30,729 nt of DNA. Source: a virus (lineage: Duplodnaviria; Caudoviricetes). The stretch lies in the IMG/VR virus record IMGVR_UViG_3300032332_000236, positions 1 to 30,729 of that record; one strand, written 5' to 3'. Position numbers and translations under genes: made by a program. The first letter of the stretch is position 1, and every line of letters begins with the position of its first letter. The notes beneath the pieces were generated by a model. That model was given only the letters and a program-made list of their open reading frames with translations, was not told the DNA's origin and searched no databases. Shown here in pieces: positions 1-9,995 of this stretch.

Positions 1-918
1 AGCGGTGAATTGGCAGACAACTTAACACAAAACAACGCTATTCTTCAGCGCCTCCAACAGAAGGGCAATGTACGCCCATTCTCGGGCGGTAATGTGATTC
101 TCGAAGAAATTATGTATGACGATAGCGCTACAAACAACGCTAACTCTTATAGCGGATATGAAGTATTGAACATTGCTCCAGATAGCCCTATTTCTGCTGC
201 TCAGTTCAAAATTGCACAGTATGCTGATGCAGTTACCATGTCTGGTCTTGAGATGTTACAAAACTCCAGCAAAGAAGCAATCATTGACTTGTTAGATGGT
301 CGTATGCAAGTTTCCGAAGCCCGCTTGTTAAACCGTATTTCTGGTGACTTGTATGGTAACGGTACTGGTAACGGTGGTAAGAATTTGGATGGTCTAGGCG
401 CTGCGGTTGCAGTTTCTCCTTCTTCTGGTACTTACGGTGGTATTAACCGTGCAGTATGGACTTTCTGGCAGAACCAGATTACTACTGGTGCTACTTCTGC
501 AAACATTTTGTCAAAAATGACTGACGCTGCTATCAAACAGATTCGTGGCACAGACAAAGCTGACTTAATTGTTGCTGGTAACACAATGTACTCTTACTAT
601 GTAGGCGCATTGCAGTCTATTCAGCGTATCGCTGCTGAAGAGTCAGGCGCTGCTGGTTTTGCTTCCCTCAAGTTCTACGGTGGCGGTACATCTGCTGATG
701 TGGTATTGGGTGGTGGTTATGGCTCACAAGAGACAGCTACTTATATGTATATGCTTAACACTAATTACATTTTCTTACGCCCACACAAAGAGCGTAACTT
801 TGTACCTATTGGTGGCGAGCGTCAGTCAATCAACCAAGACGCAATCGTGAAGTTATACGGTTGGGCTGGTAACTTGACTACATCTAACAGCTTCCTACAA
901 GGCTTGTTGACAACTTAA
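1..918 (+). CDS. Major capsid protein (podovirus type), 5'-truncated
   Basis: Frame is open from base 1 (SGELADNLTQNNAILQRL). Motifs FSGG..ILEEIMY, SGLEMLQNS.KEAIIDLL and LYGNGTGNGGK match a podoviral capsid family as I recall it. Heads the structural block. Confidence 0.85.
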   Translation, partial: SGELADNLTQNNAILQRLQQKGNVRPFSGGNVILEEIMYDDSATNNANSYSGYEVLNIAPDSPISAAQFKIAQYADAVTMSGLEMLQNSSKEAIIDLLDGRMQVSEARLLNRISGDLYGNGTGNGGKNLDGLGAAVAVSPSSGTYGGINRAVWTFWQNQITTGATSANILSKMTDAAIKQIRGTDKADLIVAGNTMYSYYVGALQSIQRIAAEESGAAGFASLKFYGGGTSADVVLGGGYGSQETATYMYMLNTNYIFLRPHKERNFVPIGGERQSINQDAIVKLYGWAGNLTTSNSFLQGLLTT

Positions 919-945
919 TAGATAGGGGGAAACCCCTACTATTTT
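917..945 (+). terminator. GAAA-tetraloop hairpin after the capsid gene (weak terminator or stability element)
   Basis: TAGGGG(923-928)-GAAA-CCCCTA(933-938), extended by AATAG/CTATT, with a short T run at the 3' end. Confidence 0.5.
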
Positions 946-972
946 GCTCATTTAATATATAAAGGAAATATC

Positions 973-1272
973 ATGGCATATACCATTACCCCCCTATCAG
1001 GGATTGATTTTAACGATACACAAACTGCTGCTGAATTGGCTTTAAATGGCACAACAGCCCCTACATTTGGCCCTACTGGTGCTGAAGTGTTTGGTTCTGA
1101 CGGTCGCCGTTATGTATGGGCAGTAGCAGGTGCAGCTATTACAGCTTCAACAGCAACTTGCTCTATCAACGCTTCAACCTTTGTAGCTACTGGCTCTGCT
1201 GGTACTTACTTAGCACCAGCAGTCGCAATGGCTTCAGGCGATTATGGTTGGTTCTCAGCAGCTTCTGTTTAA
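973..1272 (+). CDS. Probable capsid decoration/cement protein
   Basis: 99 aa, Ala/Thr/Gly-rich, AAGGA RBS, directly after the capsid gene and before a strong terminator. Function inferred from position. Confidence 0.55.
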   Translation: MAYTITPLSGIDFNDTQTAAELALNGTTAPTFGPTGAEVFGSDGRRYVWAVAGAAITASTATCSINASTFVATGSAGTYLAPAVAMASGDYGWFSAASV

Positions 1273-1309
1273 TAGGTTAACCCTCTTAAATTGAATATGT
1301 AGTAAAACT

Positions 1310-1346
1310 GGGGCTATCTCAAAAGGGTAGCCCCTTTTCTTTTTTT
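1310..1346 (+). terminator. Rho-independent terminator
   Basis: GGGGCTATCT/GGGTAGCCCC stem (two G-U pairs) followed by TTTTCTTTTTT. Confidence 0.85.
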
Positions 1347-1376
1347 AATAACCCTAACCACTTAGGAGAAGTAAAA

Positions 1377-2000
1377 ATGGCAATAGAAAGCGATATTCAA
1401 AACGCAGATTCACGATTAGCAGTCCAATTCTATAAAAAAAGTATGAAGCAAGAAGATGCTTCAAACGAGGCAGGTAGACCAATTTTTAAAGAATTTGATT
1501 TCGTAAGAATTATGATTCCTGGCGATAATTTGACAGAAATCGACACTTACGCACAAGAATCCCATAAACAACGCTTTCCCCGTCAATGGGCGCATTATCA
1601 AAACCAAGTAGCAGGACAAGAAGATATTGTTGGCACACCTTTAGACCAATGGCCTCAAGTTACCCGTAGCCAAGCCGAAGAATTGCGTGGGCTTAAATTC
1701 TACACAGTAGAAGCTATTGCTGACTGTTCTGACCAACAATTACAGCGTATTGGCATGGTAGCTGGTATGTCACCGCATAATTTCCGCCTAAAAGCCAAGG
1801 CTTTCTTAAATTTAGCTAATGAATCTGCCGAAGTAGCACAAAGAGAATCAGAATTGCAAGCATTAAAGGAAGAAAATGCTAAAATTAAGGCAGAAACAGA
1901 TGCGAAGCTGACAGCTATGCAAGAACAAATGTCAGCGCTACTTGCGGCTGTTGCGGAAAAGACTCCAAAAACACGCAAACCGAAAGTAGTAAAGGCCTAA
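1377..2000 (+). CDS. Conserved phage protein in head-completion region, C-terminal coiled coil
   Basis: 207-aa ORF with AGGAG RBS, between capsid and adaptor genes. Confidence 0.7.
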   Translation: MAIESDIQNADSRLAVQFYKKSMKQEDASNEAGRPIFKEFDFVRIMIPGDNLTEIDTYAQESHKQRFPRQWAHYQNQVAGQEDIVGTPLDQWPQVTRSQAEELRGLKFYTVEAIADCSDQQLQRIGMVAGMSPHNFRLKAKAFLNLANESAEVAQRESELQALKEENAKIKAETDAKLTAMQEQMSALLAAVAEKTPKTRKPKVVKA

Positions 2001-2001
2001 T

Positions 2002-2913
2002 ATGTCCCAAACGATGTTGCAACTGGTTCAACAAACCACAGCAGAATTAAACTTAGCCGTACCTACCTATGTGGCTGGAAACACCTCACAGGATGTACAG
2101 CAAATATTAGCTTTAATGAATGGTGCTGGCTACGACTTGCTAAAAGAATATGATTGGCAAGCTCTCCAGGTGCAATATCGTTTCTACACACAATCTTTAA
2201 CCGCCAATGCCACAACTGTTAATGGTTCTGCTACATTAACTTTTGCGGCAGGCACAGATTTAAGCAATGTTGATAGTCAATGGCAGTTATCAGGCTATAA
2301 CATTCCTCAAGACACTTATGTAGTAACTGCAAATAACACTACAAAAGTAGTTGTGATGAGTCAATATGCTACAGGCGATGGCGTACAGTCAGTAGTTTGC
2401 GCCCAAACTGCTTATGACTTGCCTGCGGATTTTGAAACTATTACAAATCGCACTCAATGGGATAAATCCAAGCATTGGGAAATGTTAGGGCCAGAAGATG
2501 CTCAACAATGGCAATGGCTAAAGTCTGGTTATATTTCTACAGGGCCAAGAGTGCGCTGGAGAATAGTAGATAATCAATTTGAAATATGGCCTATTATGAA
2601 TACCCAAGAGTATTTGGGTTGGGAATACAGGTCAAAAGGTTGGGCAAGAAGCGCTGCTGGCGCTGTAAAGAATAGCTTTACTGCTGACACAGACACTACG
2701 GTTTTAGATGACCGTATTATGGTTTTAGCTACTAAACTCAAATACTTTCAGATTAAATCATTTGACACTACTGCTTTAATGCAAGATTACCAACGCTTTT
2801 TGTCAGTTGCCAAAGCTAACGACAAAGGTGCACCAAATCTATCATTCTCGCCACAAGCAAGCAGAGTGCTTATTGGCTACGCCAACATACCAGATACAGG
2901 CTATGGGTCATGA
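2002..2913 (+). CDS. Head-tail adaptor (tail tubular protein A-like)
   Basis: MLQLVQQ..AEL N-terminus, YDLPADF, RWRIVDNQFEIWP motifs; precedes the nozzle gene. Confidence 0.65.
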   Translation: MSQTMLQLVQQTTAELNLAVPTYVAGNTSQDVQQILALMNGAGYDLLKEYDWQALQVQYRFYTQSLTANATTVNGSATLTFAAGTDLSNVDSQWQLSGYNIPQDTYVVTANNTTKVVVMSQYATGDGVQSVVCAQTAYDLPADFETITNRTQWDKSKHWEMLGPEDAQQWQWLKSGYISTGPRVRWRIVDNQFEIWPIMNTQEYLGWEYRSKGWARSAAGAVKNSFTADTDTTVLDDRIMVLATKLKYFQIKSFDTTALMQDYQRFLSVAKANDKGAPNLSFSPQASRVLIGYANIPDTGYGS

Positions 2914-4685
2914 TTTTAGGACAACCTAAGCAACGAAGTGCATTAACAGCTTCTTTGCCATCTCCTATTGGGGGTTGGAATGCTAGGGATTCTCTTGCTA
3001 GTATGTCCCCTACAGACGCAGTAGTTTTAAATAACTTTTTTCCTACGCCTACGGATGTAACCCTTAGAAAAGGGTATTCAAAAATTTCTACAGGCATTAC
3101 AGGGCAAGTCTATAGCTTAATGAACTATGCTGGCACAACTAGCCAAAAGCTATTTGCTGCCGCAGGAAACACTATTTATGACACTTCTACTAGCACCGCA
3201 ACTTCAGTATTTACAGGGCTTTCTAACGCTAAATTTCAGCATGTCAATGTAACTACCGATGGTGGGCATTTTTTAGTAGCTTGTAATGGTCAAGATGCCG
3301 TAGTAATTTATGACGGCACAAGATGGTTTTCAGTAGCTACAACTACAACTGCACAAACAATTAGCACTATTACAAGGGGTGGTACAGGCAATTTAACCGC
3401 CACGATGACTACTGCTGCACCGCATGGCTTAGTTACTGGCAATAGAATAACTGTTTCAGGCGCTACACCTACGCAATTTAATGGCACTTATGTTGTTACA
3501 GTAACAGGCGCAAGCACTCTTACCTACACAATGGCAAGCGCCCCAAGTGGTAATGCTACAGTTGTAGGGGTTTACACTACTATCGGTATTACAGGCATAA
3601 ACAGTAACAAATTTATTAATGTTAATTTGTTTAAAAATCGCCTGTTTTTTACCGAAAAAGATTCCATGAATGTATGGTATTTGGATGTCAATGCCATTGG
3701 TGGATTGGCTGAAGTATTGCCTTATGGGTCTATTGCTAGAAACGGTGGCTATGTACAAGCCGTAGGTACATGGACTCTAGACGCTGGACAAGGCGCAGAT
3801 GACTACTTTGTTGTAGTTACAAATATGGGCGAAGTTATCGTTATTAACGGTACAGACCCTACCGCAGCAGAAACTTGGGTGCTTAAAGGCGTATGGCAAC
3901 TAGGACAAACTTTTAGCCGTAGATGCTTTTTTAAGTGGTCTGGTGACTTGCTTTTGCTGACTCAAGACGGATTAGTGCCGTTGGCTTCTGCCCTACAATC
4001 TAGCCGTTTAGACCCTAGAGTTAACATTACAGACAAAATTTATTTTGCTGTAAGCCAAGCGGCTACTACTTATTACGCTAATTTTGGTTGGCAAGTAAAC
4101 TACTTTGCCTCTGAAAATATGCTTATTTTGAATATTCCTATTGATGGTGGCACACAGCAGTATGTAATGCACACTATTACTAAGTCATGGGGACAATTTA
4201 CTGGCATAGAAGCTAATTGTTGGGAAACTAACGGCAATAATGGAATGTTTTTTGGCGGAAATGGGTTTGTAGCTCAGTTTTACACTACCACTTCCGATGA
4301 CGGTAATAACATTGTTGCAACAGCCCAGCAAGCATATAGCTATTTTGACAACCCAGGACAGCTAAAAAGATTTACGCTAGTGCGCCCTATTCTACAAACA
4401 GACAACGGCTTACCGACTGTTTTATGCGGTATTAGCACCGATTTTGAAACAATACCATTAACGAATGCAATAGCCTTTAACCCATCTACATTAGATATTG
4501 GTGTTTGGGACACAGGTTTATGGGATGATACTAATTGGGGTGGAAATCTTGTTGTAACTAAGTTTTGGCAAGGTGTTACAGGGTTAGGTTTCTCAGGTTC
4601 AGTTAATATTAATGTGGCATCACAAGGAATTGACTTTCATTGGGCTAGTACCGATTATGTAATGGAAAAAGGAGGGGTACTGTAA
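2910..4685 (+). CDS. Tail nozzle / DNA stabilization protein (tubular protein B or P22 gp10-like) with Thr-rich inserted domain
   Basis: 591 aa beta-rich; LPSPIGGWNARD N-terminus, FKNRLFF propeller-like motif; ATGA overlap with upstream gene. Confidence 0.7.
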   Translation: MILGQPKQRSALTASLPSPIGGWNARDSLASMSPTDAVVLNNFFPTPTDVTLRKGYSKISTGITGQVYSLMNYAGTTSQKLFAAAGNTIYDTSTSTATSVFTGLSNAKFQHVNVTTDGGHFLVACNGQDAVVIYDGTRWFSVATTTTAQTISTITRGGTGNLTATMTTAAPHGLVTGNRITVSGATPTQFNGTYVVTVTGASTLTYTMASAPSGNATVVGVYTTIGITGINSNKFINVNLFKNRLFFTEKDSMNVWYLDVNAIGGLAEVLPYGSIARNGGYVQAVGTWTLDAGQGADDYFVVVTNMGEVIVINGTDPTAAETWVLKGVWQLGQTFSRRCFFKWSGDLLLLTQDGLVPLASALQSSRLDPRVNITDKIYFAVSQAATTYYANFGWQVNYFASENMLILNIPIDGGTQQYVMHTITKSWGQFTGIEANCWETNGNNGMFFGGNGFVAQFYTTTSDDGNNIVATAQQAYSYFDNPGQLKRFTLVRPILQTDNGLPTVLCGISTDFETIPLTNAIAFNPSTLDIGVWDTGLWDDTNWGGNLVVTKFWQGVTGLGFSGSVNINVASQGIDFHWASTDYVMEKGGVL

Positions 4686-5129
4686 TTGCGTAATGTAACT
4701 ACAGAAAACCAGCAATATTTAGGGGATTGGCTAGTCAGAATGATGAACTATCCTTTGCCATTGGAAACAGTATGTATAGGTCAAGAAGTAGACGGCAATT
4801 TAGCGGCAGTAGTAGGGTTTTGTAGTTTTATGCCAAAAGCGTGCCAAATGCACATTGCGGCAGTAGATGAAGTAAATTGGATGAGTCGAGATTTGTTGTG
4901 GGCGGCTTTCGATTATCCCTTTAATAAACTTGGAGTTAGCGTTATAATTGGGCAAGTTTGTGGCGATAATGAAAGCGCCCTAAAATTGAACCGACACCTT
5001 GGTTTTAAAGTGATAGCCGAAATCCCAGATGCCCACATGGATGGTGACTTAGTGATTATGGCTATGAGGCGTGAAGATTGTCGATGGCTCGACATCAAAT
5101 GCCCTTTAAGAACAGCAAGAGGAGAATGA
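4686..5129 (+). CDS. GNAT-fold acetyltransferase-like virion assembly protein
   Basis: AFDYPFNKLGV..IIGQV..DNESALKLNRHLGF is a GNAT signature; usual position after the nozzle gene in podoviruses; TTG start with GGAGG upstream. Confidence 0.75.
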   Translation: MRNVTTENQQYLGDWLVRMMNYPLPLETVCIGQEVDGNLAAVVGFCSFMPKACQMHIAAVDEVNWMSRDLLWAAFDYPFNKLGVSVIIGQVCGDNESALKLNRHLGFKVIAEIPDAHMDGDLVIMAMRREDCRWLDIKCPLRTARGE

Positions 5130-5130
5130 C

Positions 5131-5967
5131 ATGGGTGGTGGTGGATTTTTAGGGTTAGGCCCAGCGCCAAGTGCGCCAGCAGCGCCCGATTACAGGGCAG
5201 CAGCACAAGAAACTGCCGCAGGTAATGTGGATGCAGCAAGATTAGCTACAGCCGCTAACCGTGTAAATCAAGTCACACCTTACGGAAACCTTGACTATTC
5301 AATTACAGGTCAAGACCCATACGGCAATCCTACTTGGACTGCTACTACTTCATTGTCTAATGTAGGCCAACAACTTTTAAACAACCAAAACCAAACTTCT
5401 TTAGGTCTTGGTGGAACAATTAATGCAGCTTTAGGTCAAGTGCAAAGTACTATGGGTCAAGCATTTAACCCTAATTTGCCTTCTACTGGCATCAATCCTG
5501 GGCAGTCTTATCAAGACGCTTATATGCAACGCCTTGCGCCACAACTTGCACAAAGTCGTGAGTCTACGCAAGCTCAGTTAGCAAACCAAGGTATTGTGCC
5601 AGGTACTACAGCATACGACAACGCTATGCGTCAACAATCTATGAGAGAAAACGATTTGTTGTTAGGCGCTACTACACAAGGTTTTGGCACAGGTTTACAA
5701 GCAAATCAGCAAGCCTATAACCAGGCCATGACTAACTACAATATGCCACTTAATACTTTAAGTGCGTTGCGTAGTGGTTCTCAAGTGCAAAACCCTACTT
5801 TTGTAAATTCTGCCCAACAAGCAACAACAAGTGGTGCTGATATTTTAGGCGCAACACAAATGGGTTATAACGCTCAAATGGGCGACTTTAATGCTAAACA
5901 AGCAGCACAACAAAATTTGAATAGTGGCCTTATGGGCTTGGGTGGCGCAGCAATGATGGCGTTTTAA
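5131..5967 (+). CDS. Internal virion / DNA ejection protein
   Basis: G-rich N-terminus, APAAPDY..AA, NRVNQVTPYG; Q/A/N-rich helical body; C-terminal GLMGLGGAAMM. Confidence 0.7.
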   Translation: MGGGGFLGLGPAPSAPAAPDYRAAAQETAAGNVDAARLATAANRVNQVTPYGNLDYSITGQDPYGNPTWTATTSLSNVGQQLLNNQNQTSLGLGGTINAALGQVQSTMGQAFNPNLPSTGINPGQSYQDAYMQRLAPQLAQSRESTQAQLANQGIVPGTTAYDNAMRQQSMRENDLLLGATTQGFGTGLQANQQAYNQAMTNYNMPLNTLSALRSGSQVQNPTFVNSAQQATTSGADILGATQMGYNAQMGDFNAKQAAQQNLNSGLMGLGGAAMMAF

Positions 5968-6269
5968 TGCAATTAACAGATGAAAAAATAAACTCTTACT
6001 TTTATGAGCCTAGTATTGCAATATGGGAATCAGATGAATTTAAGGTTTATGCGTTTCAAGATGGTAAAGCAGTTAGGTTGGATATAGAAAGAAAAGATGG
6101 TTTAGATGGTATTACTTGGGATGAATTACAACAGATTAAAAACGATTGTGGTTTTGCTGATTGTGATGCAGTTGAGTTTTATCCTTCTGAGTCAGATGTT
6201 ATTAACACAGGAAATTTGCGACACTTGTATGTGTTTTTTGAAAAACTACCTTTGATTAGAAGACTATGA
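5967..6269 (+). CDS. Small globular protein (resembles DUF7694 as recalled)
   Basis: ITWDELQQIK..GF....AVEFYP.ESDVIN..NLRHL motif; TAATG coupling to the upstream gene. Confidence 0.6.
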   Translation: MQLTDEKINSYFYEPSIAIWESDEFKVYAFQDGKAVRLDIERKDGLDGITWDELQQIKNDCGFADCDAVEFYPSESDVINTGNLRHLYVFFEKLPLIRRL

Positions 6270-6604
6270 ACGATTACTTTACTACTGTAAATCCATATTT
6301 TGCTCAACAAGACCAAGGTTTAAATCCTGTTTTTCAAAATATTGCACAACAACAACAAAACCAAAATGCTGCGCTTGCACAACAAAATCAGCTAAATGCA
6401 CAAGCTGGTCAAACGCAACAACAGGGTGGCATGAACCCTATGGCTATGGCAATGGCTTTAAGAGGTCAAAATAAACAACCAGGATTAGGCGAAACAACTA
6501 ATTCGTTTGGAAAAGTTATTAAAGACCCTACTTATGGTTCTGGAAATGCTTATAGCAATATGACTCCTGGTGAAATGAGCAACATGATGGTAAATGGAAT
6601 CTAA
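6266..6604 (+). CDS. Q/N/M-rich small virion (ejection module) protein
   Basis: 112 aa, low complexity, overlaps both neighbours. Confidence 0.6.
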   Translation: MNDYFTTVNPYFAQQDQGLNPVFQNIAQQQQNQNAALAQQNQLNAQAGQTQQQGGMNPMAMAMALRGQNKQPGLGETTNSFGKVIKDPTYGSGNAYSNMTPGEMSNMMVNGI

Positions 6605-7811
6605 TATGGAAAATATGAATATGGGGAATATGTCTCCAGAAGATTACGCACAACAACAAGCATTAAATCGCCAACAACAAATGGCTGCTTTATTAATGCA
6701 ACAAGGTGTGCAACAACCACAAGGCCAAATGGTTAGTGGTAGATATGTTCCTACATCTTTTTTTCAAAATTTACTTCCTATAGCTAATATTGCTGCATCG
6801 CAATATGTAGGTAGAAAAGCTGATACAGAAACCGCTAAATTAGCACAAAAAATTAGAGATGCTAAAAATACCAAAGAACAAGCCATTACCAACTTAATTG
6901 CTGGTACTCCTGACCAAACTACTGAAATGGCAGGGCCTTATGGTCAAGGTGTCGGTAAAGGTGGTGCTAATGTACCTATGCCTGTAGCTGTACAGCAAGG
7001 ACAAAAGCCTGACTTGGCAGCAGCATTAAGAGAAATTGGCACAAACAACCCTTATGGCGTTGGAAAAGAATACAAAGCAAGTATTTTAAGCAACATGATT
7101 CCTAAAACTCCTGATGAAGTTGCTAAATATAATTTTGCTAAAACACCCGAAGGTGGTAATTTTAAAGGTTCGTTCAACGATTTCCAAAATCAAATGAACG
7201 AATATCAAAAACGCTCATTGGCTATTCAAGGCGCAAATCAAGCTCAATCAAGAGTTCCTATGGGCTATCGCATGAAACAAGATGGTTCTTTAGAGGCAAT
7301 TCCTGGAGGCCCAGCAGACCAAAAAGCGCAAACTATTGATATTGGCAGACAAACAGTAGATACATTAATTACTGGATTAAAAGATAAATATAATTTGTTG
7401 AAAGAATCTGGTGGCATTACAAGTACAAGCCAAGGCGCTTTAAGCAATGTTCCCGCTTATCTTTCTTCTAGTGGTGTTGGTCAGGCTTTGGGTAAAACTT
7501 TTGCTACTGAAAATCAATCTGCTAGAAACACTATTGCGCAATCTCGCCCATTATTGTTACAAGCTATTGCTAGAGCAACTGGAATGTCATCTAAGCAAAT
7601 GGATTCTAATACTGAATTGCAAATGTACTTAAAGGCCGCTACAGACCCAACATTAGATTACGAAGCCAATACATACGCATTAAATCAATTACAGACATTG
7701 TATGGACTCGGTGGAACTGCGCCTGTTGCTGGTGGTGGTGGAAATGTGCCAAGCGTTTCTGACATTGATGCTGAAATAGCAAAAAGAGCAAATAAAAAGA
7801 AACCAGGATAA
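6594..7811 (+). CDS. Internal virion / ejection protein
   Basis: 405 aa; Q-rich N-terminus, PQGQMVSGRYV, PMGYR...DGSLEAIPGGPAD motifs typical of ejection proteins. Confidence 0.65.
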   Translation: MESNMENMNMGNMSPEDYAQQQALNRQQQMAALLMQQGVQQPQGQMVSGRYVPTSFFQNLLPIANIAASQYVGRKADTETAKLAQKIRDAKNTKEQAITNLIAGTPDQTTEMAGPYGQGVGKGGANVPMPVAVQQGQKPDLAAALREIGTNNPYGVGKEYKASILSNMIPKTPDEVAKYNFAKTPEGGNFKGSFNDFQNQMNEYQKRSLAIQGANQAQSRVPMGYRMKQDGSLEAIPGGPADQKAQTIDIGRQTVDTLITGLKDKYNLLKESGGITSTSQGALSNVPAYLSSSGVGQALGKTFATENQSARNTIAQSRPLLLQAIARATGMSSKQMDSNTELQMYLKAATDPTLDYEANTYALNQLQTLYGLGGTAPVAGGGGNVPSVSDIDAEIAKRANKKKPG

Positions 7812-7816
7812 TAATA

Positions 7817-9325
7817 ATGGACTTATCTCAATTATCTGATGCTGATTTAATGGCTTTAAAGTCTGGTGGCTTGTCTAAAGTATCAGATGAGGGTTTAATG
7901 CTATTAAAGGGTACGCCTGCACAACCAGCACCTAAAAATACTACATATATTGCTCCTGATGTGCCATTACTTGCAAGTCAAAGTCCTAAATTAACTCCTA
8001 TTGAAGAACCTAAAACTTCAATGATGGACAAGTTAAAAGCATTATATGAAGTGCCTACTGCCATTGCTTATGGAGCAGTTAAAGAGCCATTGTCTATGGC
8101 TTATGGTCTTGGGGCAAGTGCTGTAGAAGGTGCTGTGCAAGGAAAAATGCCTACTGCTGAATCTAGGGATGCTTATTACAGACAAGCAAAACAATTTGCA
8201 CCATATCAGCCAACATCACCTGCTTCTATGAACGCATTGGAATCTATTGGTGGGGCATTGGAAGCAGCAAAAATTCCTCCTTATTTAGGTGCTATTGGCG
8301 CTATTCCCTCTGCCATTCAAAAAGCGCCTAATGTGCGACCTGTAGTGCAAGAATCGGTAATGCCTGTAGCTAATAGAATGGCTGGTGCATTGCGTAATGA
8401 AGGTGAAATGATTGCACAAGCAGCACAACCAATTACTAGCAAAGTTTCACAAGTTTTAGAACCAGTAGGCAGTAGGATGGCAACTGCATTGCGTAAAACT
8501 CCTACACTTGAAGAAACAGCACCTACTTCTGAGTTTTTAGCTCAAGAGTCTACTAAGTATTTCAATAAAGCCAAAAACTCTGGCGTTGAATTAAACCCAG
8601 AATATTTTGGCAACATGATGCAAAGCGTTGGTTCTGATTTAAGAGGATTGGGTTATGACCCTAGAACTATGCCTAAAGTAGCTGTTGCATTAGACCAGTT
8701 ACAAAATAAACAAATTCCTAAAGATTTTGAAGAATTAAGTGTTCTTAGAAAATTTATTAGAAATGCTCAAAAAAGCAAAGAATCTGATGAAAAAATGGTT
8801 GCTACCCATTTAAAAGCAGAATTTGATGATTACATTGCTAACATGCCTGATTCTTCCATTATTGGTGGAAACAAACAAGGTTTAGCAGATTGGAAAAAAG
8901 CTAGAGATTCTTATACAAAATTAAGCAAATCTGAAGTATTTGAAGATATGCTTGATAAAGCTGAAATTAGAGATTCTAAACTTAGCACCGAACAATATTT
9001 GCACAATAAGCTATTACAACTATCGGAAGATGATAGGCGTATGCGCTTGTTTACGCCTGATGAGCAAGAAGCCATTAGAAGTGCCGCCAAAGGCACTAGA
9101 GCGCAGAATTTCTTAGCCCAAGCTGGTAAATATAGTCTTAAAAATATTAGTGCGACTACTTTAGGGTCTTTATTAGGACTTGGTTTAGCTGGCCCTCTAG
9201 GTGTTGTTGTAGCCCCAGCTATTGGTCAAATGGCTAAATACAAAGCTACTAAAATTAGAAAAAATGATGTAAATAATTTAGCCGCAATGGTACGGGCGGG
9301 AAAAACAGGAGTAGAAAATGAGTAG
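7817..9325 (+). CDS. Large internal virion / ejection protein
   Basis: 502 aa; repeated LS..SD..L..L N-terminus; Gly/Ala hydrophobic segment near the C-terminus. Confidence 0.65.
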   Translation: MDLSQLSDADLMALKSGGLSKVSDEGLMLLKGTPAQPAPKNTTYIAPDVPLLASQSPKLTPIEEPKTSMMDKLKALYEVPTAIAYGAVKEPLSMAYGLGASAVEGAVQGKMPTAESRDAYYRQAKQFAPYQPTSPASMNALESIGGALEAAKIPPYLGAIGAIPSAIQKAPNVRPVVQESVMPVANRMAGALRNEGEMIAQAAQPITSKVSQVLEPVGSRMATALRKTPTLEETAPTSEFLAQESTKYFNKAKNSGVELNPEYFGNMMQSVGSDLRGLGYDPRTMPKVAVALDQLQNKQIPKDFEELSVLRKFIRNAQKSKESDEKMVATHLKAEFDDYIANMPDSSIIGGNKQGLADWKKARDSYTKLSKSEVFEDMLDKAEIRDSKLSTEQYLHNKLLQLSEDDRRMRLFTPDEQEAIRSAAKGTRAQNFLAQAGKYSLKNISATTLGSLLGLGLAGPLGVVVAPAIGQMAKYKATKIRKNDVNNLAAMVRAGKTGVENE

Positions 9326-9995
9326 AAACGGTAGCGGTACATACACCCTCCCTGCGGGTAATCCCGTAGTTACAGGCACAACCATTAGCTCTACATGGGC
9401 TAATAACACTCTTGCTGACATATCTACAGCTTTAACTGGTTCTTTAGCTTCTGACGGCCAAACTACCGCTACTGGCAACCTTAAAATGGGTAGTAACCGC
9501 ATTACTGGTTTAGCCGATGGATTAGCGTCTACAGATGCGGCAACAGTTAGCCAGATTACGGGGTTTGTTACTGTTGGTACAGCTATTCTTAAAGGTAGCG
9601 GCACAGGCGGTATTAGCAACGCAACAGCAGGTACAGATTACACAGTAGCTACTGCTGTAACTAATTTTTCTAAACAACAGTATTTTGGTAATGTTGCTTT
9701 AACTGATGCCGCCACTATTGCTTGGAACGCTAGAGATGCCCAAGTAGCTACTTTTACCTTTGTTTCTAGCAATCGTACTATGGATGCGCCAACTAATTTA
9801 GTAAGCGGTGCATACTATGGTCTTGCTATAATACAAAATGCTGGCAGTAACACTTTGACATGGAATTCTGTGTTTAAATGGACTGGCGGTACAGCGCCAA
9901 CACTATCTACAGCCGCAGGTGCAAAGGATTACTTTGTATTTAGAAGTGATGGTACAAATATGTATGAACAAGGTCGTTCACTAGGGGTTTCTTAA
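9318..9995 (+). CDS. Proximal tail fibre protein
   Basis: MSRNGSGTYTLPAGNPVVTGTTISSTWAN attachment domain; NRITGLADG...TDAAT fibre repeat; C-terminal WTGGTAPTLSTAAGAKD. Confidence 0.75.
   Translation: MSRNGSGTYTLPAGNPVVTGTTISSTWANNTLADISTALTGSLASDGQTTATGNLKMGSNRITGLADGLASTDAATVSQITGFVTVGTAILKGSGTGGISNATAGTDYTVATAVTNFSKQQYFGNVALTDAATIAWNARDAQVATFTFVSSNRTMDAPTNLVSGAYYGLAIIQNAGSNTLTWNSVFKWTGGTAPTLSTAAGAKDYFVFRSDGTNMYEQGRSLGVS

Noticed and set aside
5955-5972. Programmed -1 frameshift fusing the ejection protein to the next ORF
   Set aside because: GCG TTT TAA is not a canonical X XXY YYZ slippery site; TAATG coupling explains the junction.
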